DNA of 29,108 nt, taken from the NCBI GenBank assembly GCA_043750125.1, contig JAYVCD010000284.1, positions 1-29,108 on the forward strand, given 5' to 3'. Positions 6,945 through 17,019 of this stretch are shown here, one piece after another (within the stretch, counting starts at the first letter, position 1; each line of letters starts with the position of its first letter). This stretch comes from Archangiaceae bacterium (GTDB taxonomy: Bacteria > Myxococcota > Myxococcia > Myxococcales > Myxococcaceae). A model generated the notes under the pieces. The model saw only the letters and a list, made by a program, of their open reading frames with translations, was not told where the DNA came from and did not search any database. Made by a program: the position numbers and the translations under genes.

Positions 6945-7694
6945 ATGGCCGCGATCGTTTCGATTCGAGAAGTGGTGAAAGAGTACAACCTGGGCAAGGT
7001 GGTCGTGCCCGCCCTGCGAGGGGTTTCGCTGGATGTCGACAAGGGCGAATTCATCTCGATCGCGGGACCGTCCGGAAGCGGCAAGACGACCCTGCTGAAT
7101 CTGATCGGCTGCGTGGACACCGCAACGCGCGGCACCGTCGAGGTCGCAGGTCGAAACACCAGCAGCTTGAGCGAACGTCAGCTCACTTCTCTTCGGCTGG
7201 ACACGATCGGGTTCATCTTCCAGAGCTTCAATCTGGTCTCGGTCTTGACCGTCTTTCAAAACGTCGAGTTCCCGTTGCTGCTTCAGAACCGGCTGTCGAA
7301 GGGTGAACGGAAAGCGCGGGTGATGCAGTTGCTCGATCAGGTGGGGCTGGCGACGCATGCCAAGCACCGACCCAATGAGTTGTCGGGAGGACAGCGACAG
7401 CGCGTGGCCGTGGCGCGGGCGCTGGTGACCGAGCCGCAGATCGTGCTCGCCGACGAGCCGACCGCGAACCTCGACTCAGTGACGGGCCAGGCGATCATCG
7501 ATCTGATGCGGTCTCTGAACGAGAAGAAGGGCACGACCTTCATCTTCTCGACCCACGACTACAAGGTGATGCAGCACGCGAATGCGGTGGTTCAACTCGA
7601 GGACGGGAAGATCACAGGACGTGAGACTCCAGATCACGCAGCTGCTGCCATGGCCGCCCGTGGGGCGAAGCCGATTCAGGCTGCGGTGTCATGA
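6945..7694 (+). CDS. ABC transporter ATP-binding protein (LolD/MacB-type)
   Basis: Walker A GPSGSGKT, IGFIFQSFNL, signature LSGGQRQRVAVARAL, Walker B/D-loop LADEPTANLD, H-loop STHD. Confidence 0.96.
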   Translation: MAAIVSIREVVKEYNLGKVVVPALRGVSLDVDKGEFISIAGPSGSGKTTLLNLIGCVDTATRGTVEVAGRNTSSLSERQLTSLRLDTIGFIFQSFNLVSVLTVFQNVEFPLLLQNRLSKGERKARVMQLLDQVGLATHAKHRPNELSGGQRQRVAVARALVTEPQIVLADEPTANLDSVTGQAIIDLMRSLNEKKGTTFIFSTHDYKVMQHANAVVQLEDGKITGRETPDHAAAAMAARGAKPIQAAVS

Positions 7695-9820
7695 TTACCC
7701 AGGCGGTGATGCTGGTTCAGATTTCGCTGCGCAACCTGCTCGCGAGCAAGATCAACCTGCTGATCGGCGGGCTGCTGTTGTTGGGTACGTTCTTCTTCGT
7801 CCTGTTTGGAGCACTGCTCGACACCCTTTCCGACTCGATGAGCAAGAGCGTGGTGGGCTCGGTCGCGGGCCACATTCAGATCTACTCCTCGAAATCGAAG
7901 GACGAGTTGTCCTTGTACGGAAGCATGGGCGGAGACCCGGACCTGGGGGCGATCACCGAGTTTCCGAAGATCAAACAAGCGCTCGAAACGCTGCCCAACG
8001 TAAAGACGGTGGTTCCGATGGGAACCTCGGGAGCCCTGATCACCGCGGGCAATACGGTAGACCTGACGCTCGAAAAGCTTCGCGAGCTGTACAAACAGCG
8101 CGATGGAAAATCGACCAACCCCGCCACCGTGAAGCTGACCGGTGCAGAACTCGCGGCCCAGATTGAGAGTCAGAAAAGCCACGTGCGGCAGATTGTGAAG
8201 GTGTTGCAAGGCGACACTGAGAAGGCCGGGGCGATGTTGGACGTGACGAAGACCGACGCCGAAGCCCGTCAGGCGCTCGAACGGGTGTCCGGTGACGACT
8301 TCTGGAAGAACTTCGATGTCGACCCCTACGCCTCGATGGAATTTCTCGAGAACAAGATCGCGCCCCAGGTAACCGATGGGAACCTGATGTTCATTCGGTA
8401 TGTGGGAACGGATCTCAATACGTTTCAGAAGTCGTTTGACCGAATGCAAATCGTCGACGGCCAGCCTGTGCCCGAGGGTCACCGGGGCTTCTTGATCGCC
8501 AAGTTCTTCTACGAAGAATTCATGAAGCTCAAAAACGCTCGACGGTTGGACAAGATCAAGGAAGGGCTTGCGACCGGCAGCAAGACGATTGCCGCTGACC
8601 CCGACCTGCAGCGGTACGTGAAAGAGAATTCCCAGCAGACCCGCGAGCTGGTGCTGCAGATGGACGCGATCAAGACGCGCGCGGCGGCAGAAAAGCTGCA
8701 GGCGTTCCTGGGTGACAAAGACAGTGACCTGACCACCCTGCTCTCTCGCTTCTTTACGATGACGGACGAAAACTTCGCGGTGCGCTACGCGTTTTTCTAC
8801 GCCGAGCTTGCTCCCCTGCTCGAGCTGTACCGGGTTCGCGTGGGAGACACGCTGACGATCAAAGCCTTCACCAAAGCGGGCTACGTGAAGTCGGTGAACG
8901 TCAAGGTTTACGGAACTTTCAGCTTCACCGGAATCGAGAAGTCACCCCTGGCCGGGCAGATCAGCTTGATGGATTTGATGAGCTTCCGCGATCTCTACGG
9001 CTACCTCACCAGCGACAACACCGACGAGCTGAAGCAGCTGAAGGCGAGCACCGCCGCGAAGGAAATCACCCGAGATGGTGCGGAAGAATCGCTGTTCGGC
9101 GAAGGCAACAACGTGGTTGCCGAGGCCACGGCGGGAGTCATCGACGAGAAGAAAGAACTCTCGGGCGTGGCCAAGACGCTGCGAAGGGAAGATTTGATTC
9201 GCCGGGTCTACAACCAGAGCGAGATCGAAGGAGGCGTGGTGCTGAACGCCGCGGTGATCTTGAAGGACGGCAAGACCATCGACGCGACCATCGCGCAAAT
9301 CAATGCGCTGTCCGAAAGCCAGGGCTTGAACATCAAGGCGATCAGCTGGCAGCAGGCGGCAGGAATTCTGGGGCAGGTGATCAACTTCATCAAAGGCCTG
9401 CTGTTGGGGTTCGTGGCGATCTTGTTCCTGCTGGCGATGATCGTGATCAACAACGCTGTCATGATGGCCACGCTGCAGCGCACCCAGACCTTCGGAACGC
9501 TGCGGGCGATCGGCGCGCAGCGGCCCTTCGTGTTGTTGATGGTCTTGATTGAATCGGTGGTGCTCGGTCTGGTCTTCGGCTCGATCGGAATGGTGCTGGG
9601 TTCGGTAGCGGTGGCGATCGTCGGGAAGGTGGGAATTCCCGCCTTTAACGACTACCTCTATTTCTTTTTCTCGGGCCCGAAGCTGTTGCCTGTGTTGAAC
9701 ATCTGGAACCTCTTGATCGCGATCGTGCTGGTGCTGGTGGCCACCACGGTGTCGACCTTGATTCCCGCTCTCAACGCCACCCGCGTGTCTCCGCTGGCAG
9801 CGATGCAGGCCGACGAGTGA
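7691..9820 (+). CDS. FtsX/LolC-E-type ABC permease with enlarged periplasmic domain
   Basis: N-terminal TM, very large periplasmic region, C-terminal 3 TM with RTQTFGTLRAIGA and 'RVSPLAAM' end; ATGA overlap with the ATPase gene. Confidence 0.9.
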   Translation: MITQAVMLVQISLRNLLASKINLLIGGLLLLGTFFFVLFGALLDTLSDSMSKSVVGSVAGHIQIYSSKSKDELSLYGSMGGDPDLGAITEFPKIKQALETLPNVKTVVPMGTSGALITAGNTVDLTLEKLRELYKQRDGKSTNPATVKLTGAELAAQIESQKSHVRQIVKVLQGDTEKAGAMLDVTKTDAEARQALERVSGDDFWKNFDVDPYASMEFLENKIAPQVTDGNLMFIRYVGTDLNTFQKSFDRMQIVDGQPVPEGHRGFLIAKFFYEEFMKLKNARRLDKIKEGLATGSKTIAADPDLQRYVKENSQQTRELVLQMDAIKTRAAAEKLQAFLGDKDSDLTTLLSRFFTMTDENFAVRYAFFYAELAPLLELYRVRVGDTLTIKAFTKAGYVKSVNVKVYGTFSFTGIEKSPLAGQISLMDLMSFRDLYGYLTSDNTDELKQLKASTAAKEITRDGAEESLFGEGNNVVAEATAGVIDEKKELSGVAKTLRREDLIRRVYNQSEIEGGVVLNAAVILKDGKTIDATIAQINALSESQGLNIKAISWQQAAGILGQVINFIKGLLLGFVAILFLLAMIVINNAVMMATLQRTQTFGTLRAIGAQRPFVLLMVLIESVVLGLVFGSIGMVLGSVAVAIVGKVGIPAFNDYLYFFFSGPKLLPVLNIWNLLIAIVLVLVATTVSTLIPALNATRVSPLAAMQADE

Positions 9821-9824
9821 GCCC

Positions 9825-11126
9825 ATGAGCCAACTGTTCTTGATTGCCTTCCGCAGCCTGCTGCAACACCGCACCCGCTCAGCGGTTCTGGGAGGGGCGA
9901 TCGCGATGGTGACTGCGCTGCTGATTTGTTTGACGGGTGTATACACCGGGATGCGCGACACGCTGCTGGTGTCGGCCACGACGCTGATGAGTGGCCACGT
10001 GAATGTGGGCGGGTTCTACAAAGTGACGGCCGGCCAGTCGGCGCCGGTGGTCACGGGGTACAAGAAGGTGATCGAGCTGGTGAAGAAGGAAGTCCCTGAG
10101 CTCGACTACCTGACTCAGCGGGGTCGGGGGTGGGCCAAGCTCGTGAGCGACACCGGCTCGATGCAGGTGGGCATTGGCGGCATCGACATCACCGGAGAAT
10201 CGGGGTTCGTGAAAGTCGTGGTGGTGAAGTCCGGCAACCTCGACGACCTGAAGAAGACCGATTCGCTGATGCTGTTCGAAGAGCAGGCGAAAAAGCTCGA
10301 GGTGAAGGTAGGAGATCGGCTGACGATCTCGGCGCCTACGTTCAAAGGAACGAACAACACCATCGACGTGACCCTGGTCGCGATTGCCCAGAACGTGGGG
10401 ATGCTCAGCTCGTGGAATGTCTACATGAGCGACACCGGATTGCGGCAGCTGTACGCGCTGAATCAGGACACCACCGGCGCCGTACTGATCTACCTCAAAG
10501 ATTTGAAGGCGGTGCCGACGGTGCAAAAGCGATTGCGTGAGGCCTTCGCCCGGGAAGGTTGGCTGATGATGGAACCGAACGCCAACCCGTTCTGGATGAA
10601 GTTCGACTCGGTGAACCGCGAGAGTTGGACAGGGCAGAAGCTCGACATCACCAACTGGGAAGACGAGACCGCGTTCGTAAAGTGGTTCTTGACGCTGTTC
10701 TCATTTGCGTCGGTGGTCGTCATATTTGTAGCGATCGTGATCATCGCCGTGGGGATGATGAACGTGATGTGGATTTCGATTCGAGAGCGCACCCGAGAGA
10801 TCGGGACTCTGCGGGCGATTGGAATGCAGCGGATGCGGGTGTTGGTGATGTTCGTGACCGAAGGCTTCCTGCTCGGGCTGTTCGGGACGTCGGTGGGTGT
10901 GATTCTGGGGTTGTTGCTCGCAGTCGGTCTCACCAAAGCGGACATCGGGCTCAAAGGCGGGGCGCAGTTGGTGATGATGACCGACCACCTGGTGATTACT
11001 CCGACGTTGTTCTGGGCGGCTTTCGCAGTGATTTTTCTGACCGCGGCGATCACGCTGATCTCTGTGGTGCCCTCTTTCCTGGCGGCCCGGCTCAAGCCGG
11101 TGACCGCGATGTCGCACGTCGGATGA
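9825..11126 (+). CDS. FtsX/LolC-E-type ABC permease
   Basis: IAFRSLLQHRTRS N-terminus, ERTREIGTLRAIGM motif, AARLKPVTAM end; 1+3 TM topology. Confidence 0.93.
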   Translation: MSQLFLIAFRSLLQHRTRSAVLGGAIAMVTALLICLTGVYTGMRDTLLVSATTLMSGHVNVGGFYKVTAGQSAPVVTGYKKVIELVKKEVPELDYLTQRGRGWAKLVSDTGSMQVGIGGIDITGESGFVKVVVVKSGNLDDLKKTDSLMLFEEQAKKLEVKVGDRLTISAPTFKGTNNTIDVTLVAIAQNVGMLSSWNVYMSDTGLRQLYALNQDTTGAVLIYLKDLKAVPTVQKRLREAFAREGWLMMEPNANPFWMKFDSVNRESWTGQKLDITNWEDETAFVKWFLTLFSFASVVVIFVAIVIIAVGMMNVMWISIRERTREIGTLRAIGMQRMRVLVMFVTEGFLLGLFGTSVGVILGLLLAVGLTKADIGLKGGAQLVMMTDHLVITPTLFWAAFAVIFLTAAITLISVVPSFLAARLKPVTAMSHVG

Positions 11127-11908
11127 ACTCAATGAAACTGAGCCTCGCGCTGACTCTCTCGTTGTTTGCTGCAGCAGCCCCTGCGCTTGCGGCGGACATG
11201 TCGAAGGAAGACATGGTCAAGCTGCTGAAGGTCATCGACGATCGCCAGCGCAACAATGGCGACTTCAAGACGCTCGTGTACCTGGAACAAAAAGAGAAGG
11301 ACAAGGCCGAGATCGTTCGCGAGGTTCTCGTCTATCGGCGCGACACCGACGACAAGTTGATGCTGCTGTTCAGCAAGCCCAAGAGCGAAGAGGGCAAGGG
11401 CTACCTTCGGCTGGAAAAAAACCTCTGGTCGTATGATCCCAACACCGGCAAATGGGATCGCACCACCGAGCGCGAACGCATTGGCGGCACCAATTCTCGC
11501 AGACAGGACTTCGACGAATCGCGGCTGGCCGAAGAATACGACCCGACCTACGAAGGTGAAGAGAGCCTCGGAAAATTCCCGGTGATTCGACTCTCGCTCA
11601 AGGCCAAAGAAGGGGTCGACGTTGCCTTTCCGGTCGTGAAGCTCTGGTTGGACAAGACCACCCAAAACATTCTCAAGCGCCAGGAGTTCGCGCTGTCGGG
11701 TCGCGTGCTTCGCACCGCCTACTACCCGAAGTGGCAGAAGCTCTTCAGCGAGTCGAAGGGGTCGGACGTTTGGTTTCCGGGGGAGATCCGGATCTTCGAT
11801 GAAGTGGAAAAGCAGAACTCCACGATGATGCTTTTCAAGTCGGTCGATCTCTCGAAGCTGGACGCGAACCTGTTCACCAAGGCCTGGCTCGAGAGCAAGA
11901 GTCGATGA
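11123..11908 (+). CDS. Outer-membrane lipoprotein-sorting (LolA-like) periplasmic protein
   Basis: True start ATG 11123 (ATGA overlap) or 11132, not 10559; signal peptide ending APALA-A; LLFSKPKSEEGKGYLRLEKNLWSYDP, IGGTNSRRQDF and C-terminal LDANLFTKAWLE are typical of this family. Confidence 0.85.
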   Translation: MNSMKLSLALTLSLFAAAAPALAADMSKEDMVKLLKVIDDRQRNNGDFKTLVYLEQKEKDKAEIVREVLVYRRDTDDKLMLLFSKPKSEEGKGYLRLEKNLWSYDPNTGKWDRTTERERIGGTNSRRQDFDESRLAEEYDPTYEGEESLGKFPVIRLSLKAKEGVDVAFPVVKLWLDKTTQNILKRQEFALSGRVLRTAYYPKWQKLFSESKGSDVWFPGEIRIFDEVEKQNSTMMLFKSVDLSKLDANLFTKAWLESKSR

Positions 11909-13365
11909 GCGCTGGAAGCCGGGCCTGGTTGGCCTTGCTGCTCGTGCCGACGTTGGGTTTCGCGCAAGAGCGCGATGAGAACGCGCTTTTCGGCGGCGAC
12001 GAGACGTCCACGGATGCCGGGACGGCGACGCGTCCGGGTGAAGCTGCGCTGTTGGGCAGTGGGCCCACGTTCTCAGATGCCGGAGCGGACTTGCCCTCGC
12101 GCGATTCCGATCAGCTGTCGGGACCTGCGGGACAAAACCAGTTCGATACCGGAGGGCAAACGGCAGATCCTCTGCAGATTGGCGGCACGCTCTACCTGCG
12201 GTACCAGGCGAACTTCGTTCTGGACCAGCCGCTTGAGAAGACCGGGTTTGCAGCGCCTTCGCTGTTGGATTTCTATCTGGACGCGCGGCCCAGCGATCGG
12301 GTGCGGGCGTTCGCGCTCGGACGGCTTCGGTATGACCCCACGCTTCCATCGACGGGGGCCTCATCGTTTCTGCCGGGGGTGGGTGCCCAGACGGGGAGCA
12401 ACCCGTCGGGCGCGCTGGACCAGCTGTGGCTGCGCTTTGATGTGGCGCGGAAGGTCTACTTCACGATTGGCCGGCAAAAGGTGAAGTGGGGAGTGGGCCG
12501 GCTGTGGAACCCCAGCGACTTCCTCAATGCGCAGAAAAGAGACCCGTTGGCGCCGTTCGATCTGCGGTTGGGGATCAACGCCGTGAAGGTGCACCTGCCG
12601 ATCGAATCGCTGGGCTGGAACTTCTACGCCTTCGGCCTGCTCGACAACAATGGACCCGCGGGAACGTTTGGTCAGTTGGGAGGAGCGCTGCGCGGCGAAG
12701 TCCTGCTCGGACCCGCGGAGGTGACCTTCTCGGGTGCCTGGGGCGCGGGCCGACGACCGAGGTATGCGATAGACGCGTCGACTCCGATTGGGCCGTTCGA
12801 TGTGTACGCCGAAGTGGCTTTCCGCGATGGCCGCGACTTCACTCAGTACCGCGAGCCGACCGCCACCGAGCCGCCGGTGGCCAGCCCGGCCGACTTCCCC
12901 AGCTACCGACTCGAGGGCATTCAGGTGCCCACCACTGCAGGCGTGTCGTACAGCTTCAACTACACCGACTCGACCACCTTGGTGATGGGCGCCGAGTATT
13001 TCTACAACCCGGCGGGCGCATCGAAGGCCCTGTTGCTCGTTCCGTCGGTGTTGGCGGGGACCTTCACTCCGTTCTACGCAGGGGTGCACTACGTAGGGGT
13101 GTTCGTGCTCGCGCCCGGGTTGCCGAACCTGCCGTGGATCACGTTGTCGCTGAACAACCTGGTGAACATTTCAGATCCGTCCGGAATCGCGCGGGCCGAT
13201 GCGTTTTTTCGAGTGATGAGCTTCCTTCAGATCGAGATGTTCGTTTCGGTCAATTACGGCCTCGGCGAGTTCCGCTTCGGTGGAACAATCGAGCTCCCTT
13301 CGGGACCCGTGACGCTACCAATTCCGGTCGCCTCAACCGGAATTGGCCTGCGCGTCAGCATCTGA
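11905..13365 (+). CDS. Putative outer-membrane beta-barrel protein
   Basis: Signal peptide (LGFA-Q), 'ENALFGG' acidic N-terminus, alternating beta-strand patterns (FTIGRQKVKWGVGRLWNPSDFLN; GIGLRVSI at the C-terminus); ATGA overlap with the LolA-like gene. Confidence 0.75.
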   Translation: MSAGSRAWLALLLVPTLGFAQERDENALFGGDETSTDAGTATRPGEAALLGSGPTFSDAGADLPSRDSDQLSGPAGQNQFDTGGQTADPLQIGGTLYLRYQANFVLDQPLEKTGFAAPSLLDFYLDARPSDRVRAFALGRLRYDPTLPSTGASSFLPGVGAQTGSNPSGALDQLWLRFDVARKVYFTIGRQKVKWGVGRLWNPSDFLNAQKRDPLAPFDLRLGINAVKVHLPIESLGWNFYAFGLLDNNGPAGTFGQLGGALRGEVLLGPAEVTFSGAWGAGRRPRYAIDASTPIGPFDVYAEVAFRDGRDFTQYREPTATEPPVASPADFPSYRLEGIQVPTTAGVSYSFNYTDSTTLVMGAEYFYNPAGASKALLLVPSVLAGTFTPFYAGVHYVGVFVLAPGLPNLPWITLSLNNLVNISDPSGIARADAFFRVMSFLQIEMFVSVNYGLGEFRFGGTIELPSGPVTLPIPVASTGIGLRVSI

Positions 13366-13372
13366 ACAGAGG

Positions 13373-14311
13373 TCAGTGCCCCGCCGGGTCAGGCGCCGAC
13401 ACGGCGGCGGGTTGAACTTTCCACCGTCGGTGCAGCCACAGCCATTGATCGGGGTACTGCCGAATCACCTTTTCGAGGATCGCGGTCAAAGTCGCAGTGT
13501 GAGCGGTGAGATCGGCCTCGCGGTCTCCGGTCGTCGGTAAGGCAACCGGCCCTTCGACGAACATCTTCAGACGGGTCCCCTGGCGGGCGGCGAGGACGAC
13601 GTAGACCGGAGCGCCCGTGCGCAAGGCCGCCAGCGACAGCGAGGGCGTCGTCGACGCCAGGCGGCCAAAAAAAGGAACGAACACCGCGTGGCGAGCGGGC
13701 AAGGACTGATCGATCAGCTGCACGACTGCCCTGCCCCGTTTCAGCGCGGCAAAGATTCCTTTCATTGCCCCCCGTTGAAGAATGAGCTCGACGCCGGCCT
13801 GCTCGCGGGCTGCGACCACCCGAGCATTGAATGCTCCGACCAGCGGCCGGACAACGGCGCTGAAGGCGAACTTTCGGCGGGCCATGATCTCGGCGAAGGA
13901 TTCCCAACTTCCAAAATGGGCGGAGGCCACCAGCACCGGCTGTCGAGCGGACATGCGGGCCTGCAGGGTTGCCCAGCCTTCCCCTTCGCTTCCTCGCACC
14001 GAGGCCTCGAGCTGGGCGTCGGTCAGCAGGTCCGAACAGATCGACTCGACTGCAGCGAGCGCCATGTTGGAGTACGTGGCGCGGGCGATCTGTTCGCGCT
14101 CACTTGCCGATTTTTCAGGAAACGCACAGGCGAGGTTGTCGAGAGTGACGCGCCGACGAATTCCAAGAATCCAGGCACAGCGACCCACCCCCCGAGCCAG
14201 CGCAACACGAGCCCAGCCCGGCAACGCGCGCAAAAGGCCAAGGCCCCCCCAGGCGACGGCAGAGGCAAGCGGACTTCCCGCAGTGACCGCGGGCTTCAAA
14301 ACTGCGCTCAC
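13373..14311 (-). CDS. Lipid A biosynthesis acyltransferase-like (LpxL/HtrB, lysophospholipid acyltransferase family)
   Basis: NLACAFPE, catalytic ASAHFGSWE, LIDQ, VPFFG, YPDQWLWLHRRWK. Confidence 0.9.
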   Translation of the reverse strand: MSAVLKPAVTAGSPLASAVAWGGLGLLRALPGWARVALARGVGRCAWILGIRRRVTLDNLACAFPEKSASEREQIARATYSNMALAAVESICSDLLTDAQLEASVRGSEGEGWATLQARMSARQPVLVASAHFGSWESFAEIMARRKFAFSAVVRPLVGAFNARVVAAREQAGVELILQRGAMKGIFAALKRGRAVVQLIDQSLPARHAVFVPFFGRLASTTPSLSLAALRTGAPVYVVLAARQGTRLKMFVEGPVALPTTGDREADLTAHTATLTAILEKVIRQYPDQWLWLHRRWKVQPAAVSAPDPAGH

Positions 14312-14320
14312 AGGCTCAAC

Positions 14321-16030
14321 TCAAGGATCGAGCTGCGGAGGCAGAGCGGCATTCTTGCAACGCGCCAGGCCTTCTTGCGCCGGGACAATCCGGGGGTTGA
14401 GCTTGAGGACTTCTCGGAAGCTGGCCGTGGCTGCGTCGCAGTTGCCGGCGGCCACCGCGCCCTGCCCTCGCTTCACCTTGTCTCGAATCTGCTCGATCTT
14501 CAGCTGCAGCGAGTCGGCGCCGGGTCGAGATTGGGTCCCGGGCGGCACGGACTTCAAGAAGATCTCAGCCTCGTCGAGGTTCCCCACTTCGAACGGGGCC
14601 ATCGCGCGGGCCAGCGCATCGCGTCCGCGATTGTTGGTGGCTTCATCGATGGCATTCGGATCCACGGCTTTCACCGCCACCACGATGGGTTCGGGCGGCT
14701 TCTCGACCCTCAGCTCGGGGACCTTGGTCTGAACTGGAAGCGGGTCGACCGCGGGACTGCGATTGAACATCGCCCAGGCGCCAAGTCCGCCGACCAGCAC
14801 CAGTGCCAGCAACCCCACGACGACCATCGGGGTCCGAGAGCGCGGAATGATGAGCTCGCTTTGATCTCTGACCGGGTCTGCGTGAAGGGTCGGCGACCCT
14901 GCTCGCAATGGTTTGGCGAGGATGTTGGTGGCTGGTCTGCCCTCGGGGTGTTGAATCTGAGTCCCCGTGCGGACGAACGTCGCCTGCATCGTCGAGACTT
15001 CGTTGCTGCCGCGAGCAGGAACGGGGGTCTCGTTGCCGTTGCTCATCCCCGCCCAGACGCCGGTACCGGGTTTGCCTGCCTGGGTGGGCATCGCCTGGGC
15101 GATCTGATGAGCGAAAGCCATCATGTCGGGGAAGCGCTCGTCACGGTTCTTGGCGCAGGCCTTCTGCAGCACCGCCTCGACCTCGGCATTGTCGAGCTCT
15201 GCTGAAATCGAAGCGAGCCGAGGCATCGGCTGAACCACCTGGTTGCGCAGGATTTCGGTAATCGTGGTCCCATCAAAAGGCTGAACGCCGGTAATCATCT
15301 CGAAGAGAAGAATGCCTACCGCGTAGATGTCGGCCCGATGATCCACGTCGTCGCGGCCTTCGACCTGCTCGGGGGCCATGTAGCGGGGGGTCCCGGCGAT
15401 CGCGCCCTGCATCGTGAGCTTGGTGCCTTCATTCATCAGCCGAGCGATGCCGAAGTCGAGGACCTTGACGTGAAGTCCCCGCATTCCCTTTCGGAGCATG
15501 ATGTTTTCGGGCTTCAGGTCGCGATGGACCACGTGCTTGCTGTGGGCGTTGCCCAGCACGTCGGCGATCTGAAGAATGATGTCGATCGCTTCCCCGAGCG
15601 GAATTCGCTTTTGCTCGAGAAGAATCTTCTTCAGGTCGACGCCTTCGCAATACTCCATTGCGATGAAGAGGTTGCCCTCTTCGTCCTGACCGAAGTCATG
15701 AAGGGTGACGGCGTTGGGGTGGGCGACCCGGGCGTACGACTTTGCTTCGTTGAGAAAACGGCGCGCGATCTCGGCATCTTCCGAGAATTCGGACTTGAGG
15801 AACTTGAGGGCCACCCGGTGACCGATGCCCAGCTGTTCGGCCAGGTACACCGCGCCCATGCCTCCCTGGCCCAGCTTCCGGACAATCTTGTATTTGCCCT
15901 TGATGACCTTCTCGAGCATCCGATCTGCGGACTGCTTGAGCTGAATTGTTTCCGAAACTCCGCAGTGCGGGCATTTGCCGCTCCAGCTTGAGTGCTCTGA
16001 ACCGCAGCCCTGACAGATGAAGACCGGCAT
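14321..16030 (-). CDS. Membrane-anchored Hanks-type Ser/Thr protein kinase with N-terminal zinc ribbon
   Basis: N-terminal CQGCG...GKCPHCG; LGQGGMG, VALK, HRDLKPEN, DFG and GTPRYMAPEQ all intact; TM helix MVVVGLLALVLVGGLGAWAMF; C-terminal TPR-like helices. Confidence 0.95.
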   Translation of the reverse strand: MPVFICQGCGSEHSSWSGKCPHCGVSETIQLKQSADRMLEKVIKGKYKIVRKLGQGGMGAVYLAEQLGIGHRVALKFLKSEFSEDAEIARRFLNEAKSYARVAHPNAVTLHDFGQDEEGNLFIAMEYCEGVDLKKILLEQKRIPLGEAIDIILQIADVLGNAHSKHVVHRDLKPENIMLRKGMRGLHVKVLDFGIARLMNEGTKLTMQGAIAGTPRYMAPEQVEGRDDVDHRADIYAVGILLFEMITGVQPFDGTTITEILRNQVVQPMPRLASISAELDNAEVEAVLQKACAKNRDERFPDMMAFAHQIAQAMPTQAGKPGTGVWAGMSNGNETPVPARGSNEVSTMQATFVRTGTQIQHPEGRPATNILAKPLRAGSPTLHADPVRDQSELIIPRSRTPMVVVGLLALVLVGGLGAWAMFNRSPAVDPLPVQTKVPELRVEKPPEPIVVAVKAVDPNAIDEATNNRGRDALARAMAPFEVGNLDEAEIFLKSVPPGTQSRPGADSLQLKIEQIRDKVKRGQGAVAAGNCDAATASFREVLKLNPRIVPAQEGLARCKNAALPPQLDP

Positions 16031-16050
16031 CTTCCCTTCGAAAAGAAGCG

Positions 16051-17019
16051 CTACTTCTCGGGAGGGTAGCGCGTGGTGAACAACATCCGCTCGAGCTCTG
16101 CGGCCCCATCGTCGGGAGAATTGCCGAGTGCGAGCGCGGCACGCAATACCCGCGTCCGGGGATCATCTTTCAGCCGGCTCTCGAGGACCTTGAGCGCTCC
16201 TGCCCGGTCGCCGCCCTGCACCAGCGCGAGACCCTGGTAGAAGACGTATTCGGCATTGGACGGGTCGGAACGGGCGGCTTCGGAAAACAGCTGTTCGGCC
16301 TTCTTGAAATCTTTTTCCTGCAGGGAAGCCAGGCCGTCGAGAAACGCGGTTCTGGCCTTTTGGTCTGGAGGCGACGCGCTGACATCGGAGGCGACCTGGT
16401 ACAGCGGCCGGGCCGCGCGCAGCCGTTCGAGGCTCATCTTCTCGTTCGCCAGAGCCGCCTTGTGAATCTCGTCAGCCTTGGCCAGTGCGGCGGCGCCGAG
16501 CTTGGCTGCCATGTCTCCCAGATCGGGGCTGAGGTACCCGTCTTTGACCAGCGTGGTCAGCTGCTCGTTGGCTCCACCCGAGCCGACGACCAACTCCTGA
16601 TCGAGGGCGGCGTAGAAGCTGGCGCGGGTTTCGACATATTTCTGACTCAGATCGGCCGGCTGATTTTTGGCCGTCTTCACCTGTCGCTCGCATTGCTCGC
16701 TCTCGGCCTGGGCTTTCTTGCGCTCGGGCGACTCGTTCGCCGCCTTCAGGTAGACGCGATAGACGTAACAGGCACGCAGCACCTGCTTGGCGGCCAGAAG
16801 AGAACGCGCCAGCTGCAGGTAGGTGGGCAGCGTCGAAGGGTTGGCGCGGTTGGCGGTGAGAAACACCTCGGCGGCCTTGGCGTATTTCTTCTGGTTGTAG
16901 AGCTTGGTGCCTTCAGAGACGAGGCTATCGGCGTTGCCGACGCCGGGCCCGACGAGCGAAGTGCTCGCGGCGAGTGCAGAACCCGAACTCAACAGCAGAA
17001 TGAGGAGTTTAGAACGCAT
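16051..17019 (-). CDS. Exported TPR-repeat protein
   Basis: Signal peptide MRSKLLILLLSSGSALA-A; TPR-like repeats (EGTKLYNQKKYAKAAEVF; YVFYQGLALVQGGDRAGALKVL). Confidence 0.8.
   Translation of the reverse strand: MRSKLLILLLSSGSALAASTSLVGPGVGNADSLVSEGTKLYNQKKYAKAAEVFLTANRANPSTLPTYLQLARSLLAAKQVLRACYVYRVYLKAANESPERKKAQAESEQCERQVKTAKNQPADLSQKYVETRASFYAALDQELVVGSGGANEQLTTLVKDGYLSPDLGDMAAKLGAAALAKADEIHKAALANEKMSLERLRAARPLYQVASDVSASPPDQKARTAFLDGLASLQEKDFKKAEQLFSEAARSDPSNAEYVFYQGLALVQGGDRAGALKVLESRLKDDPRTRVLRAALALGNSPDDGAAELERMLFTTRYPPEK

Noticed and set aside
10559-11122. N-terminal extension of the LolA-like ORF in the ORF track
   Set aside because: It overlaps the permease in another frame; the signal peptide and ATGA overlap place the start at 11123 or 11132.
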